Shown here in pieces: positions 1 through 10,478 of a stretch of DNA of 64,000 bases. The notes below the pieces were generated by a model. It saw nothing but the letters and a program-made list of their open reading frames with translations. It did no database searches and was not told where the DNA came from. Numbering within the stretch: the first letter of the stretch is position 1; every line of letters starts with the position of its first letter. A program made the translations under genes and the position numbers. The stretch is from Halioglobus sp. (lineage in GTDB: Bacteria > Pseudomonadota > Gammaproteobacteria > Pseudomonadales > Halieaceae), in contig OZ244998.1 in the NCBI GenBank assembly GCA_965223475.1, positions 2,054,553 through 2,118,552 on the forward strand. The letters are read 5' to 3'.

Positions 1-1
1 A

Positions 2-856
2 ATCGTCCTGCGTATTCTCGATCCATCCAGCGCACAAATGGGCATCGACGCATTGGGCTACGAGCCCGAGCAGAAAGACATGTACATGAAGACGCTCAAT
101 CAGCCGCAAGGCATGGTTTTGGTGACGGGACCGACGGGCTCGGGTAAAACAGTGTCGTTGTACACCGGCCTCAATATTCTCAATACGGCCGAGCGCAATA
201 TTTCCACCGCGGAAGATCCGGTGGAAATTAATTTGGAAGGCATCAACCAAGTGCACGTAAACCCGAAAGTGGGTTTAAACTTCGCGGAGGCGTTACGCTC
301 TTTCCTGCGACAAGACCCGGACGTGATCATGGTGGGTGAGATTCGAGATCTAGAAACGGCAGAGATCGCCATCAAGGCTGCGCAAACCGGTCACTTGGTG
401 TTGTCGACCTTGCACACCAATAGCGCCGCGGAGACGATTACGCGTCTACTCAATATGGGCGTACCCGCATTTAACGTGGCCTCTTCCGTCGATTTGATTA
501 TCGCGCAGCGATTGGCGCGGCGACTGTGTAAAACCTGTGCCACACCGGCAGACGATATTCCGCACCACACACTACTGGAAGAAGGCTTCACGGAAGAAAT
601 GTTGGAGAAAGCGAATATCCTACACCCCGTAGGGTGCGAAGAGTGCAATAACGGGTACAAAGGGCGCGTTGGTATCTACGAAGTGGTTCGCATAACACCG
701 GCCATTGCCCAACTCATCATGGAAAATGGTAATTCTTTACAAATTGGTCAGCAGGCGCGCGAAGAAGGCTTCCACAACCTGCGCTCCGCGGCCCTGAAAA
801 AAGTCGCAGAAGGTGTAACAAGTCTGGAAGAAGCCAATCGCATTACAGTAGACTAA
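2..856 (+). CDS. pilB: Type IV pilus assembly ATPase PilB (3' part; runs off window start)
   Basis: Walker [37 protein letters not shown], Zn-binding CxxC pairs; frame open from base 2; upstream of pilC. Confidence 0.95.
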   Translation: MVLRILDPSSAQMGIDALGYEPEQKDMYMKTLNQPQGMVLVTGPTGSGKTVSLYTGLNILNTAERNISTAEDPVEINLEGINQVHVNPKVGLNFAEALRSFLRQDPDVIMVGEIRDLETAEIAIKAAQTGHLVLSTLHTNSAAETITRLLNMGVPAFNVASSVDLIIAQRLARRLCKTCATPADDIPHHTLLEEGFTEEMLEKANILHPVGCEECNNGYKGRVGIYEVVRITPAIAQLIMENGNSLQIGQQAREEGFHNLRSAALKKVAEGVTSLEEANRITVD

Positions 857-902
857 ACAGAGACACCCAAAAACAGAACCCGGGGGCGGGGCGGAGAGTA
901 AC

Positions 903-2123
903 ATGGCAACAAGTGCAATCAGTGGAGATATATTCACCTGGAGCGGGACCGACAGAACCGGTCAGCCAAGCAAGGGCGAGATTCAAGCCACCAGCCAGGC
1001 GATGGCTAGGGCGCAGTTGCGCCAGCAAGGCATTAGCCCCAGCCGGGTGCGCAAAAAGCCCAAGCCGTTGTTCGGCGGTTCCGGCAAGCCCATTAAACCT
1101 GCCGACATAGCTATTTTTACCCGCCAACTCGCCACCATGCTCAAAGCCGGTGTGCCCCTGGTACAAAGCTTTGAAATTGTCGAGGATGGTCTGGAGAAGC
1201 CGCGCATGCGCGACATGGTGTCCACCATCAAAAACGATGTGGCATCAGGCAGCGGTCTCGCGCCCTCACTCGCTAAACATCCGCGTCATTTCGATGATCT
1301 GTTCTGCAGCTTAGTGGGTTCGGGCGAAGACTCGGGTACCTTGGAAGTGATGCTCGATCGCGTGGCAACCTACAAAGAAAAGACTGAGCAACTAAAAGCT
1401 AAAATCCGCAAGGCAATGACCTATCCCACGGCGGTCATCTGTGTGGCCATCGTGGTCTGCGCGATTCTGTTGATAAAAGTGGTGCCGGTTTTTGCCAAAA
1501 CGTTTGAGAGTTTTGGCTCCGAGCTACCCGCTTTCACCCAGTTCGTCATGAGTATCTCAGAATTCGTGCAGGAGTGGTGGTGGATTATTTTCCTCGCTCT
1601 GGTTGGCATCGTGTTTACTTTCCGAGAGTTAAAGATTCGATCCATTCGATTTTCCGAGGGCTTGGATCGTCTGGCCCTGCGCGCACCTATCGTTGGCGGC
1701 ATTGTGCACGACGCTGTGGTCGCACGATTTTCGCGCACACTCTCCACCACGTTTGCCGCCGGTGTGCCTCTCGTCGACGCCTTAAATTCAACCGCAGGTG
1801 CGGCCGGTAACTCCGTTTACTCGAAAGCCATTATCCGCATACGCGATGACGTCACCTCCGGTACAACCCTATACAACGCGATTAAATCTACCGGATTATT
1901 TCCGCACATGTTGTTACAGATGGTGTCCATCGGTGAAGAATCCGGTGCCCTGGATGAAATGTTGGACAAGGTGGCGACCCATTACGAAGAAGCGGTAGAC
2001 AACGCGGTGGATAGTTTAAGTTCACTGATGGAACCGCTGATCATGTCCATCCTGGGTGTGTTGGTCGGTGGCCTCATGATCGCCATGTACCTGCCCATCT
2101 TCATGCTGGGTTCGGTTATTTAA
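903..2123 (+). CDS. pilC: Type IV pilus platform protein PilC (GspF family)
   Basis: FTRQLATMLKAGVPL, GEESGALDEML, EPLIM...MYLPIF motifs. Confidence 0.95.
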   Translation: MATSAISGDIFTWSGTDRTGQPSKGEIQATSQAMARAQLRQQGISPSRVRKKPKPLFGGSGKPIKPADIAIFTRQLATMLKAGVPLVQSFEIVEDGLEKPRMRDMVSTIKNDVASGSGLAPSLAKHPRHFDDLFCSLVGSGEDSGTLEVMLDRVATYKEKTEQLKAKIRKAMTYPTAVICVAIVVCAILLIKVVPVFAKTFESFGSELPAFTQFVMSISEFVQEWWWIIFLALVGIVFTFRELKIRSIRFSEGLDRLALRAPIVGGIVHDAVVARFSRTLSTTFAAGVPLVDALNSTAGAAGNSVYSKAIIRIRDDVTSGTTLYNAIKSTGLFPHMLLQMVSIGEESGALDEMLDKVATHYEEAVDNAVDSLSSLMEPLIMSILGVLVGGLMIAMYLPIFMLGSVI

Positions 2124-2166
2124 TCCGCGCGACGTTCCGCGCAGCCGCCAGGGAGGCGGCCACGTC

Positions 2167-3030
2167 ATGCAGGATGCGCTTCGCGAGGTGAGTTGGCTAC
2201 TACCTCTTACGCTATTGTTGCTCGGCCTATTGGTGGGCAGCTTTCTCAATGTCGTGATCTATCGACTGCCGCTGATGATGGAGTCTCGATGGCGACGCGA
2301 CTGTTGCGAATTACTGGAGATTGAACGGGAGAAAGACGAAGCGCCCCTCAATCTCGCCACACCCAACTCCCACTGCCCGGCGTGCAAGAGTGCCATTAAG
2401 CCGTGGCAAAACATTCCCGTGATCAGTTATCTGCTACTTGGTGGCAAATGCCACAACTGCGCGACGCGTATTTCTCCACGCTATCCCGTGGTGGAAATGG
2501 TCTGCGGGCTCCTCACCCTCGCGCTGGCCTGGCACTTTGGTTTTTCGCTCGCGCTACTCGGCGCTGCACTGCTCACCTGGGCGCTTATAGCGCTCACATT
2601 GATCGACTACGATCATCAACTACTGCCTGATGAAATCACACTGCCACTACTGTGGCTTGGCCTACTGTTTAATGTCTGTGAAACCTATACACCGCTGCGC
2701 GATGCGGTCATCGGTGCCGCAGCGGGATATCTCACACTGTGGAGTGTGTTCTGGTTATTCAAGCTGGCAACCGGCAAAGAGGGCATGGGCTATGGTGACT
2801 TCAAACTATTGGCGGCACTGGGTGCGTGGCTGGGCTGGCAGATGTTGCCGATCATCGTATTACTCTCGTCGGTTGTTGGCGCCATTTGCGGTGTAGCGCT
2901 TATTCTCATCAAGAACCGCGGCAAGGACGTCCCGATCCCGTTCGGGCCTTACTTGGCCATCGCTGGGTGGATAGCATTGATCTACGGCGAACGCATCAGC
3001 CAGACCTATTTAAACAGCATCGGAATGTAA
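2167..3030 (+). CDS. pilD: Prepilin peptidase/N-methyltransferase PilD
   Basis: GSFLNVVIYRLP, two CxxC pairs, GMGYGDFKL, IPFGPYLA. Confidence 0.96.
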   Translation: MQDALREVSWLLPLTLLLLGLLVGSFLNVVIYRLPLMMESRWRRDCCELLEIEREKDEAPLNLATPNSHCPACKSAIKPWQNIPVISYLLLGGKCHNCATRISPRYPVVEMVCGLLTLALAWHFGFSLALLGAALLTWALIALTLIDYDHQLLPDEITLPLLWLGLLFNVCETYTPLRDAVIGAAAGYLTLWSVFWLFKLATGKEGMGYGDFKLLAALGAWLGWQMLPIIVLLSSVVGAICGVALILIKNRGKDVPIPFGPYLAIAGWIALIYGERISQTYLNSIGM

Positions 3031-3034
3031 CCTG

Positions 3035-3646
3035 GTGTCCATGATTGTCGGTGTGACGGGTGGTATCGGCAGCGGTAAATCCGCTGTGACAGAGCGCCTG
3101 GCAGATTGCGGTGTCACCGTCGTAGATGCCGACCTGGCGGCGCGTGTGGTGGTTGAACCGGGAAAACCGGCACTAGCATCGATCACCGAACGTTTTGGGA
3201 AAGACATCCTGTGCGAAGATGGCAGTCTAGACCGCGCAGCCCTGCGCAAGATCGTGTTCGCCGATGAAGCGGAGCGCGAGTGGCTGGAAGGGTTAACCCA
3301 TCCGCTCATCGGCGAAGAAATTATGCGTCAGTTGGCCACAGCCCAAGGCCCATACTGCGTCTTCAGCTCACCGTTGTTGTTGGAAACCACACAGCGCGAC
3401 TGGGTGCAGTGTATTGTCGTTGTCGATGTACCCGAGTCAGTGCAACTGCAGCGCACCATGGCGCGCGATGACAACGACGAGGCGCAGGTAAAGCGTATTA
3501 TGGCAGCGCAACTGTCGCGCGAGGAACGCTTGAAACGCGCGGACATCGTGATCGATAATTCGGACAGCCTGACGGCGCTGGATGACAAGGTCGCGGCGCT
3601 GCACGCCGAGCTCACGGCTCGTGCAGAACTCGCGGACAACAATTAG
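3035..3646 (+). CDS. coaE: Dephospho-CoA kinase
   Basis: GVTGGIGSGKS P-loop, LDRAALR, THPLI; follows pilD. Confidence 0.95.
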   Translation: MSMIVGVTGGIGSGKSAVTERLADCGVTVVDADLAARVVVEPGKPALASITERFGKDILCEDGSLDRAALRKIVFADEAEREWLEGLTHPLIGEEIMRQLATAQGPYCVFSSPLLLETTQRDWVQCIVVVDVPESVQLQRTMARDDNDEAQVKRIMAAQLSREERLKRADIVIDNSDSLTALDDKVAALHAELTARAELADNN

Positions 3647-4041
3647 ACACTCAATAAACGCTGTACAGCAATCACAATCGGCAAATTCGCAGCCGGAAGG
3701 TCGTAGCGATCGAGATCGCTGGCGGCGACCCACGCCAGTGGCTGCCCTTCTCTGGCTGTAGCATCATTGCGAAACTCGCGCACTACATGCACATCGAGCA
3801 GAACTGCTTTTTCCGTATAGTTGTAAGGCACGAGCAACAGCGGCCCACTGCGCGAGACTTCAATACCCACTTCCTCGCGCAATTCGCGCACCAACGCCTG
3901 TTCTACTGTTTCTCCGCGCTGCAACTTACCCCCGGGGAACTCCCACAGTCCCCCCAGGTGTGATTGTGGGTGTCGCTGCGTTAACAAGACGTTGTGTTGC
4001 TTATCGAACACTACTGCCACCGCCACGTGCGTTGCAGCCAT
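3643..4041 (-). CDS. mutT: 8-oxo-dGTP diphosphatase MutT (single Nudix domain)
   Basis: WEFPGGK...GET...ALVRELREEVG Nudix box; downstream of argJ. Confidence 0.88.
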   Translation of the reverse strand: MAATHVAVAVVFDKQHNVLLTQRHPQSHLGGLWEFPGGKLQRGETVEQALVRELREEVGIEVSRSGPLLLVPYNYTEKAVLLDVHVVREFRNDATAREGQPLAWVAASDLDRYDLPAANLPIVIAVQRLLSV

Positions 4042-5270
4042 TAAGTGCGGTACTCGGCGTTGATGCGAACGTAATCGTAAGAGAAGTCGCTCGTCCAGAC
4101 CGTGGCCGTAGCCTCTCCGCGTGCCAATTCCACGCGAATAACAATATTTTGCGCCGCCATCGCCACTGCGCCCTGCTCTTCGGTGTAACTCGCAGCGCGG
4201 GCGCCGCGCTCTGCAATCAATACATCGTTGAGATACAACGCCACTTTTTCTACCTGCAAATCAGCCAAACCCGCGCGACCGATGGCGGCCAACAACCGAC
4301 CCCAATTCGGGTCGCTGGCAAACAGTGCGGTCTTGACCAGCGGTGAGTGCGCGATGGTGTAGGCAACATCCAAACACTCCTGTTCGTTGTGGCCCCCTTC
4401 GATTTGCACCGTGACAAACTTGGTCGCGCCCTCGCCATCGCGCACCAGGGCCGTTGCTAGGCCCACGCATAATACTTCCAAGGCCCGGCGCAAAGGCTGA
4501 TACAAAGCGTCTTCCACATGCGTCAGAGGTGCGTTACCCGCAGCACCACTGGCCAAGAGCACGCAGGCATCGTTCGTGGACGTGTCGCCATCGATAGTGA
4601 TGCGGTTAAACGACAGCTCGACCACCTCCTGCAACAGCGTTTGCAACAGTGGTTGAGCCACCGCCATATCTGTAGCGAGGTACGCCAACATGGTCGCCAT
4701 GTTCGGTCGAATCATGCCGGCGCCCTTCGCCATACCGGTGAGGGTAAACACCTTGCCATCCACTTCGAACTGCTGCGATAGCGCCTTGGGCTGTGTGTCT
4801 GTAGTAAGAATACCCTCGGCGGCATCCGCCCAACCGTTGGAGTCCAACCCTGCCAGTGCCTGCGGTATCGCCGCTTGAATCGTCGCCACTGGGAGTGGTT
4901 CCCCAATGACACCGGTGGAGAAAGGGAGAACGCTTGAGAGCGGTACGCCAGTCATGGTTACTACCCGCTCGCAACAGGCGCGGGCGGCGTCAAAACCCGC
5001 CCGCCCAGTGCCCGCATTGGCGTTGCCGGTGTTAATCAGAAGATATCTTGGTAGGTGATCACAATTCGCGAGATGTTCACGCGCGACAACGACCGGCGCC
5101 GCGCAAAATGCATTGCGCGTAAACACAGCTGCACATTGCGTTCCCGACGCCACTTCTATCAGCACTAAATCTTTGCGTCCAACAACTTTGATACCCGCGC
5201 AAACGGTACCTAGACGCACGCCCGGAACAGGTCGTAACGATTGATCGTTGGATCGGTCTAGTTCAGACAT
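4041..5270 (-). CDS. argJ: Bifunctional ornithine acetyltransferase ArgJ
   Basis: GNANAGTG, KGAGMIRPNMATML, DGDTSTND, DGEGATK, YVRINAEYRT. Confidence 0.97.
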   Translation of the reverse strand: MSELDRSNDQSLRPVPGVRLGTVCAGIKVVGRKDLVLIEVASGTQCAAVFTRNAFCAAPVVVAREHLANCDHLPRYLLINTGNANAGTGRAGFDAARACCERVVTMTGVPLSSVLPFSTGVIGEPLPVATIQAAIPQALAGLDSNGWADAAEGILTTDTQPKALSQQFEVDGKVFTLTGMAKGAGMIRPNMATMLAYLATDMAVAQPLLQTLLQEVVELSFNRITIDGDTSTNDACVLLASGAAGNAPLTHVEDALYQPLRRALEVLCVGLATALVRDGEGATKFVTVQIEGGHNEQECLDVAYTIAHSPLVKTALFASDPNWGRLLAAIGRAGLADLQVEKVALYLNDVLIAERGARAASYTEEQGAVAMAAQNIVIRVELARGEATATVWTSDFSYDYVRINAEYRT

Positions 5271-5303
5271 TGTCGCCGCCTACACGCACGGAACGGTAGC
5301 GCG

Positions 5304-8078
5304 TCACAACCGACCGTGACACTGTTTGTACTTCCTACCACTGCCGCACGGGCAGGGCTCATTGCGCCCGACCTTGGGTTGTTCCCGCGTAAAGGTTTGC
5401 GGTGTCGCGGGCGGTGGCGGCGCAGCGCCGCCGGCCTGACCGCCGTCGATCTCACTGCGACCGGAGAGGGCTGAGGCGGCCTGCGCATGCTGAAACGCCA
5501 TTTGCTCACGCTCGGCAGCCGCGCGGCGCTGCTGCTCTATAGCCTCGGCTTCATCTTGGCGTTGGATTTGTACGTGGCTCAAAAACTTAATGACTTCACT
5601 CTTCAGATTAGCTAGCAATTCCTGAAAGAGCTCAAACGATTCGCGCTTGTATTCCTGTTTGGGGTTTTTCTGGGCGTAGGCGCGCAAGTGGATACCCTGA
5701 CGCAGGTGATCCATTGTCGCTAGGTGCTCTTTCCACAACGTATCCAGCACCTGTAGCATAATTTGTTTTTCGATTTTGCGCATGTCCGGGCCAACGATTG
5801 CACTTTTTTCATCATAGGCCGCCTGTACTTCATCAAAAATTTTCTGACGCAGTGCTTCTTCGTGCAAGCTGTTATCTTCTTCCAACCAACGCTGCACGGG
5901 CAGATTAATGGCAAACTCAGCTTCCAGCTGCTTCTCCAGCCCAGGAACATCCCACTGTTCTTCCACACTCATAGGTGGAATAAATCCATCGATCGCATCA
6001 TCCACCACATCGCGGCGGATCGCGGTAATGGTTTCGGAAATATCGGATTCACCCAACAGCTCATCGCGCTGCTGATAAATGATCTGGCGCTGATCATTGG
6101 CCACATCATCGTATTCCAACAATTGTTTGCGAATATCGAAGTTACGCCCTTCGACTTTGCGCTGCGCCTTCTCAATCGCATTAGTCACCATGCGGTGCTC
6201 AATCGCTTCACCTTTCTCCATACCCAGCGCCTGCATGAAGCCCTTGACGCGATCCGAGGCAAAAATGCGCATCAGATTGTCTTCCATGGAGAGATAGAAG
6301 CGCGATACACCGGGGTCGCCCTGCCGCCCTGCTCGGCCGCGCAACTGGTTGTCGATGCGGCGAGACTCGTGCCGTTCCGTACCTAAAATGTGCAGACCAC
6401 CGGCTTCCAACACCTGATCATGTCGTCGCTGCCATTCCTTTTTGATTTCCGCGATTTGAACGCGATCCTTATCGCTGGCGGTGGATTCGTCGCCGCCAAT
6501 TGCCGCTTTTATTTCCGCCTCTAGGTTACCGCCCAATACGATGTCGGTACCGCGACCAGCCATATTGGTGGCGATGGTGACCACGCCTGGGCGTCCAGCC
6601 TGGGCAATAATTTCCGCTTCCTGCTCGTGGTATTTCGCGTTCAATACCTTGTGCTCAAGCTTCGATTGCTTGAAGCGGTTCGACATAGCTTCCGATGTTT
6701 CAACCGATGCAGTACCCACCAGTACTGGCGCACCATTTTTCACGCACTCCCGCACGTCCGCGACGATGGCGTCAAACTTCTCCTCGACGCTCAAATACAC
6801 CAAGTCGTTAAGATCATCGCGCTTCTGCGGCACGTTGGTCGGAATTACGATCACTTCCAAGCCGTAAATTTGCTTGAATTCAAAAGCTTCGGTATCGGCA
6901 GTACCGGTCATACCCGAGAGCTTGCTGTAGAGACGAAAGTAGTTTTGGAAGGTGGTGGAGGCCAAGGTCTGACTCTCGCTCTGAATGTCCACTCCCTCTT
7001 TCGCTTCTATCGCTTGGTGTAGCCCTTCCGATAAGCGACGGCCAACCATGGTGCGCCCCGTGTGCTCATCGATGAGCACGACTTGTCCATCCTGCACGAT
7101 GTATTCCACATCGCGGTGATACATGGCATGAGCGCGCAACCCAGAGTAGACATGGTGCAGCAGATTCAAATTGGTGGCGCCGTAGAGACTATCTCCCTCT
7201 TCCAACAAGCCCTCTTTGATCATTAACTCTTCGATGTATTCGTGACCTGCTTCGGTCAATTCGACCTGGCGCTGTTTTTCATCGACCGTGTAATGGCCCT
7301 GTTCGGTCTCCTGCCCTTCTTGACCTTCAACCTGTAATCGCAGCGCAGGAATCATGCGGTTAATACGCTTGTATAACTCCGAGCTGTCTTCCGACGCACC
7401 CGAGATAATGAGCGGTGTGCGCGCCTCGTCGATCAAAATGGAGTCCACCTCATCGACAATGGCAAAACTGAGGCCGCGCTGCATGCGATCGTCAATACTA
7501 AATGCCATATTGTCGCGCAGATAATCGAAACCAAACTCGTTGTTGGTGCCGTAGACTACGTCGCTGCGATAGGCCTCATACTTTTGTTGACCACCTTGGC
7601 CCGATTGAATCACACCAACCGTGAGGCCCAAAAAGCGATACAGAGGGCCCATCCACGCGGCGTCGCGACCAGCGAGATAATCGTTCACCGTGACAATGTG
7701 TACACTCTCGCCACCCAGTGCATTCAGATAGGCTGGCAGCGTCGCGACCAGGGTTTTACCCTCACCCGTGCGCATTTCTGCAATTTTGCCCTCGTGCAGG
7801 ACCATACCGCCGATCAACTGTACGTCAAAGTGGCGCAGCCCCAATACGCGCTCCCCCGCCTCGCGTACCACGGCAAAGGCCTCGGGCAAAATTTTATCCA
7901 GCGCCTCGCCGTCAGCCAGTCGCTGTTTGAATTCATCGGTCTTGGCAGCCAGTGCGCGGTCATCCAGCGCCTTGATATCATCCGTCAGGGCGTTGATCTT
8001 TTTGACCACCTTACCCATGCGTTTCAACTCGCGGCTGTTGCGCGTACCAAAAACCGTTTTCAGGGCTTTGTTAATCAT
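5304..8078 (-). CDS. secA: Preprotein translocase ATPase SecA
   Basis: [38 protein letters not shown]-terminal [13 protein letters not shown]. Confidence 0.99.
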   Translation of the reverse strand: MINKALKTVFGTRNSRELKRMGKVVKKINALTDDIKALDDRALAAKTDEFKQRLADGEALDKILPEAFAVVREAGERVLGLRHFDVQLIGGMVLHEGKIAEMRTGEGKTLVATLPAYLNALGGESVHIVTVNDYLAGRDAAWMGPLYRFLGLTVGVIQSGQGGQQKYEAYRSDVVYGTNNEFGFDYLRDNMAFSIDDRMQRGLSFAIVDEVDSILIDEARTPLIISGASEDSSELYKRINRMIPALRLQVEGQEGQETEQGHYTVDEKQRQVELTEAGHEYIEELMIKEGLLEEGDSLYGATNLNLLHHVYSGLRAHAMYHRDVEYIVQDGQVVLIDEHTGRTMVGRRLSEGLHQAIEAKEGVDIQSESQTLASTTFQNYFRLYSKLSGMTGTADTEAFEFKQIYGLEVIVIPTNVPQKRDDLNDLVYLSVEEKFDAIVADVRECVKNGAPVLVGTASVETSEAMSNRFKQSKLEHKVLNAKYHEQEAEIIAQAGRPGVVTIATNMAGRGTDIVLGGNLEAEIKAAIGGDESTASDKDRVQIAEIKKEWQRRHDQVLEAGGLHILGTERHESRRIDNQLRGRAGRQGDPGVSRFYLSMEDNLMRIFASDRVKGFMQALGMEKGEAIEHRMVTNAIEKAQRKVEGRNFDIRKQLLEYDDVANDQRQIIYQQRDELLGESDISETITAIRRDVVDDAIDGFIPPMSVEEQWDVPGLEKQLEAEFAINLPVQRWLEEDNSLHEEALRQKIFDEVQAAYDEKSAIVGPDMRKIEKQIMLQVLDTLWKEHLATMDHLRQGIHLRAYAQKNPKQEYKRESFELFQELLANLKSEVIKFLSHVQIQRQDEAEAIEQQRRAAAEREQMAFQHAQAASALSGRSEIDGGQAGGAAPPPPATPQTFTREQPKVGRNEPCPCGSGRKYKQCHGRL

Positions 8079-8179
8079 GGTGATTGGTCTTCACTGTGCG
8101 TTGTATTAGTTTGTCTATTAATAGAGGAACCGCGCTGGCACCCAGTTGTGCAGCGCGTGAAGGGATAGCGAGGATAACT

Positions 8180-9109
8180 TCAGCGTCGCGTGCGTGCGAC
8201 GTAGCTTGAAGGGTCTACAGAACGGCCATTTTTGTATACTTCGTAGTGCACGTGGGCGCCCGTGGAGCGACCACTAGAGCCCATCAAGGCAATCGTATCG
8301 CCCTTGCGCACCACATCGCCTGGCTCAACCAAATTGACCTGATTGTGGGCATAGCGCGTGACATAACCATCGCCGTGCGCGAGTTCCACCATCTTGCCGT
8401 AACCGCTTTTCTCATCGACCGTGATGACCACACCAGCGGCAACGGCAACAATATCTGAGCCTTCCTTCCCGGCAAAGTCCAGACCGTGATGCATCGCCTT
8501 CTTACCGGAAAATGGATCGGTACGCTTGCCGTAGTGCGATGAAATCCAACCCTTGAGAACCGGGCGACCCGACAGCCAGCGCTGCTCCTGCAGATCGCGG
8601 TTAGTCAACAGTGATTCGAGAATTTCCAGTTGTTGCTCGCGGTCTTGCAGCCGTGCCTGGAACCGATCCAATTCTGTATCTAAGTCGGCAGAGGTAAAAT
8701 CGACATGAAATTCTCCGCCCATCGGCCCACCCAGGGCAGGCGGCTGACTGAAGTCAAATTCACCCTCGCCGAGACCCGCCATACCTGTGATGTGCTCGCC
8801 CAGGGCATCCAAGCGGGTGACACGTGCCTGCAGCTCGGCCAAATTTAGGGTGAGGGTTTGAATTTTGCTTTCGGCGGAACCCTGTAGCTTGGCCAGCTCA
8901 TTGGTCTGCTGCTGCAGGACAGCTTCTAAGTTATCCAGAGCCGCGCCGCGCATGGAGTTTGCTTCGGCGTCTTGACCCGCTTGATAACCCGCAACCCCCA
9001 AACCCAGGGGCAGGCCAAGACAGCACATGGAAAGAACTGCTCTAGACCACCGGCCGAGCTCGACCGTACGCGAAACACCCAGCTTTCCGCTAATAAATAT
9101 GACTTTCAT
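8180..9109 (-). CDS. M23 family metallopeptidase
   Basis: N-terminal hydrophobic stretch, coiled coil, HHGLDF (HxxxD) and STGAHVHYEV (HxH); usual position upstream of secA. Confidence 0.9.
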   Translation of the reverse strand: MKVIFISGKLGVSRTVELGRWSRAVLSMCCLGLPLGLGVAGYQAGQDAEANSMRGAALDNLEAVLQQQTNELAKLQGSAESKIQTLTLNLAELQARVTRLDALGEHITGMAGLGEGEFDFSQPPALGGPMGGEFHVDFTSADLDTELDRFQARLQDREQQLEILESLLTNRDLQEQRWLSGRPVLKGWISSHYGKRTDPFSGKKAMHHGLDFAGKEGSDIVAVAAGVVITVDEKSGYGKMVELAHGDGYVTRYAHNQVNLVEPGDVVRKGDTIALMGSSGRSTGAHVHYEVYKNGRSVDPSSYVARTRR

Positions 9110-9409
9110 TAGTAGTTATTCGACCCGTGCAACCGTTGGCGGACTATGGCACAGAATCTCAGAAATTGCCAGATTTGGAGGGGTTTTGGGGGCTTCACTA
9201 GGGCTAAAACTTCACCCGCCAGACCGAGCTAAATCATTGCGGTTCGCGCGGTCGAAGCTGGCACGCAAACCAAGATCATGATGCGACTAAGTCTTACCCA
9301 TGAGTTTGGCCAATCGTTTTCGCAAACGGTCAACCTGGGGAGTTATCTGAGCAAAGCAATCCCGTCACCGGGGGTGATCAGCACAAGGAGATTTAGTAAG
9401 CTCCACAGG

Positions 9410-10279
9410 CTAGCGGTGCTCCGGCGTGCCCGGCGCGCGGTAGCGATCGAGCGGGCTTCGCTTTGCATCGCTGCCGTAATAGTGACCAGTGCCATGGGGT
9501 TCGCCGAACAACAAATGCAATATCGAACGGGTGCCCTGTTCGGGGGGTTTCATACCCAGATCAGCGGGCGCGACACCCTGCTGCCGTGCGACGGGACGAG
9601 TGAGATCCGTTTCTATATAACCGGGAGTACATGCGTTGATTGTGAGCTGCGGATTCTCCCGGGCTAGCAGTAATGTGTAGAGGGTCGCGCAGGCTTTACT
9701 GAAGCCGTAGGCGTTATCGGCATCGAAACCAAGGTTGTGAGACCCTGCGGCCGTATTGTCGAGTGCAACCACCTCGTCAATCAGCGCCTCTATGGCCGAC
9801 CACTCCACACTCTCATCCGTAAAGAACGCCTGTTTATCCGCTGTGCACTGGCTGACAAAATTCGGGGCCGACGCGGAGGAAACGTTGACTACTCTCCCGC
9901 CGATTTGCACCAGCGGCAAAAATGCGTCACAGACGCGCTTCACTCCCAGTGTGTTGACGTTTACGACACCGCGCAAATCGCCGGAGCCCAAACCGATTCC
10001 CGCGTTGTTGACAAGCCCGTACAAGGGCGCGTGGTCTCCAGCTTGTACGATCTCCCGTGCCGCGTGCACCGAATCATCACTCGCCACATCAATCGGCAGC
10101 AGCGTCACTCGATCAGCCCAGCCTGGGTTTTCTTGACACAGATGTTCAATAGCGGCCTGACCGCGCTCGACACTGCGCGAACCGAGCAGCACTTGCGTAT
10201 CTTGGTGTTGCTCTAGAATCGCTTGTACCGTTGCGAACCCGATACCTTTGTTCGCACCGGTGATCAGTATGTGCCGCAT
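9410..10279 (-). CDS. Short-chain dehydrogenase/reductase (carbonyl reductase-like)
   Basis: TGANKGIG Rossmann motif, NNAG, NVSS, YGFSK (YxxxK), CTPGYIETD. Confidence 0.9.
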   Translation of the reverse strand: MRHILITGANKGIGFATVQAILEQHQDTQVLLGSRSVERGQAAIEHLCQENPGWADRVTLLPIDVASDDSVHAAREIVQAGDHAPLYGLVNNAGIGLGSGDLRGVVNVNTLGVKRVCDAFLPLVQIGGRVVNVSSASAPNFVSQCTADKQAFFTDESVEWSAIEALIDEVVALDNTAAGSHNLGFDADNAYGFSKACATLYTLLLARENPQLTINACTPGYIETDLTRPVARQQGVAPADLGMKPPEQGTRSILHLLFGEPHGTGHYYGSDAKRSPLDRYRAPGTPEHR

Positions 10280-10478
10280 AACGAGGCCCTTAAATCTGCA
10301 AGATGCTTGTCACGAGCTGCGCTATAAACGTCAGCCTATTGCCCTCGAACTCGTCAATCCGGTTTCACCCAGGTTGTCGACTTGATGGGAAAAAGAATTT
10401 AAAACTTAGGCTACCTTCTCAACAAAAACAAACGTAGAAAGTGACCGCACTACAATGGCTCCTCAATGGGAGACGCTG

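Noticed and set aside
9027-9667. Possible dciA remnant (short frames such as QVDRLRKRLAKLMG and ORF 9278-9667)
   Set aside because: No recognisable DUF721 motif by eye; too short to support.
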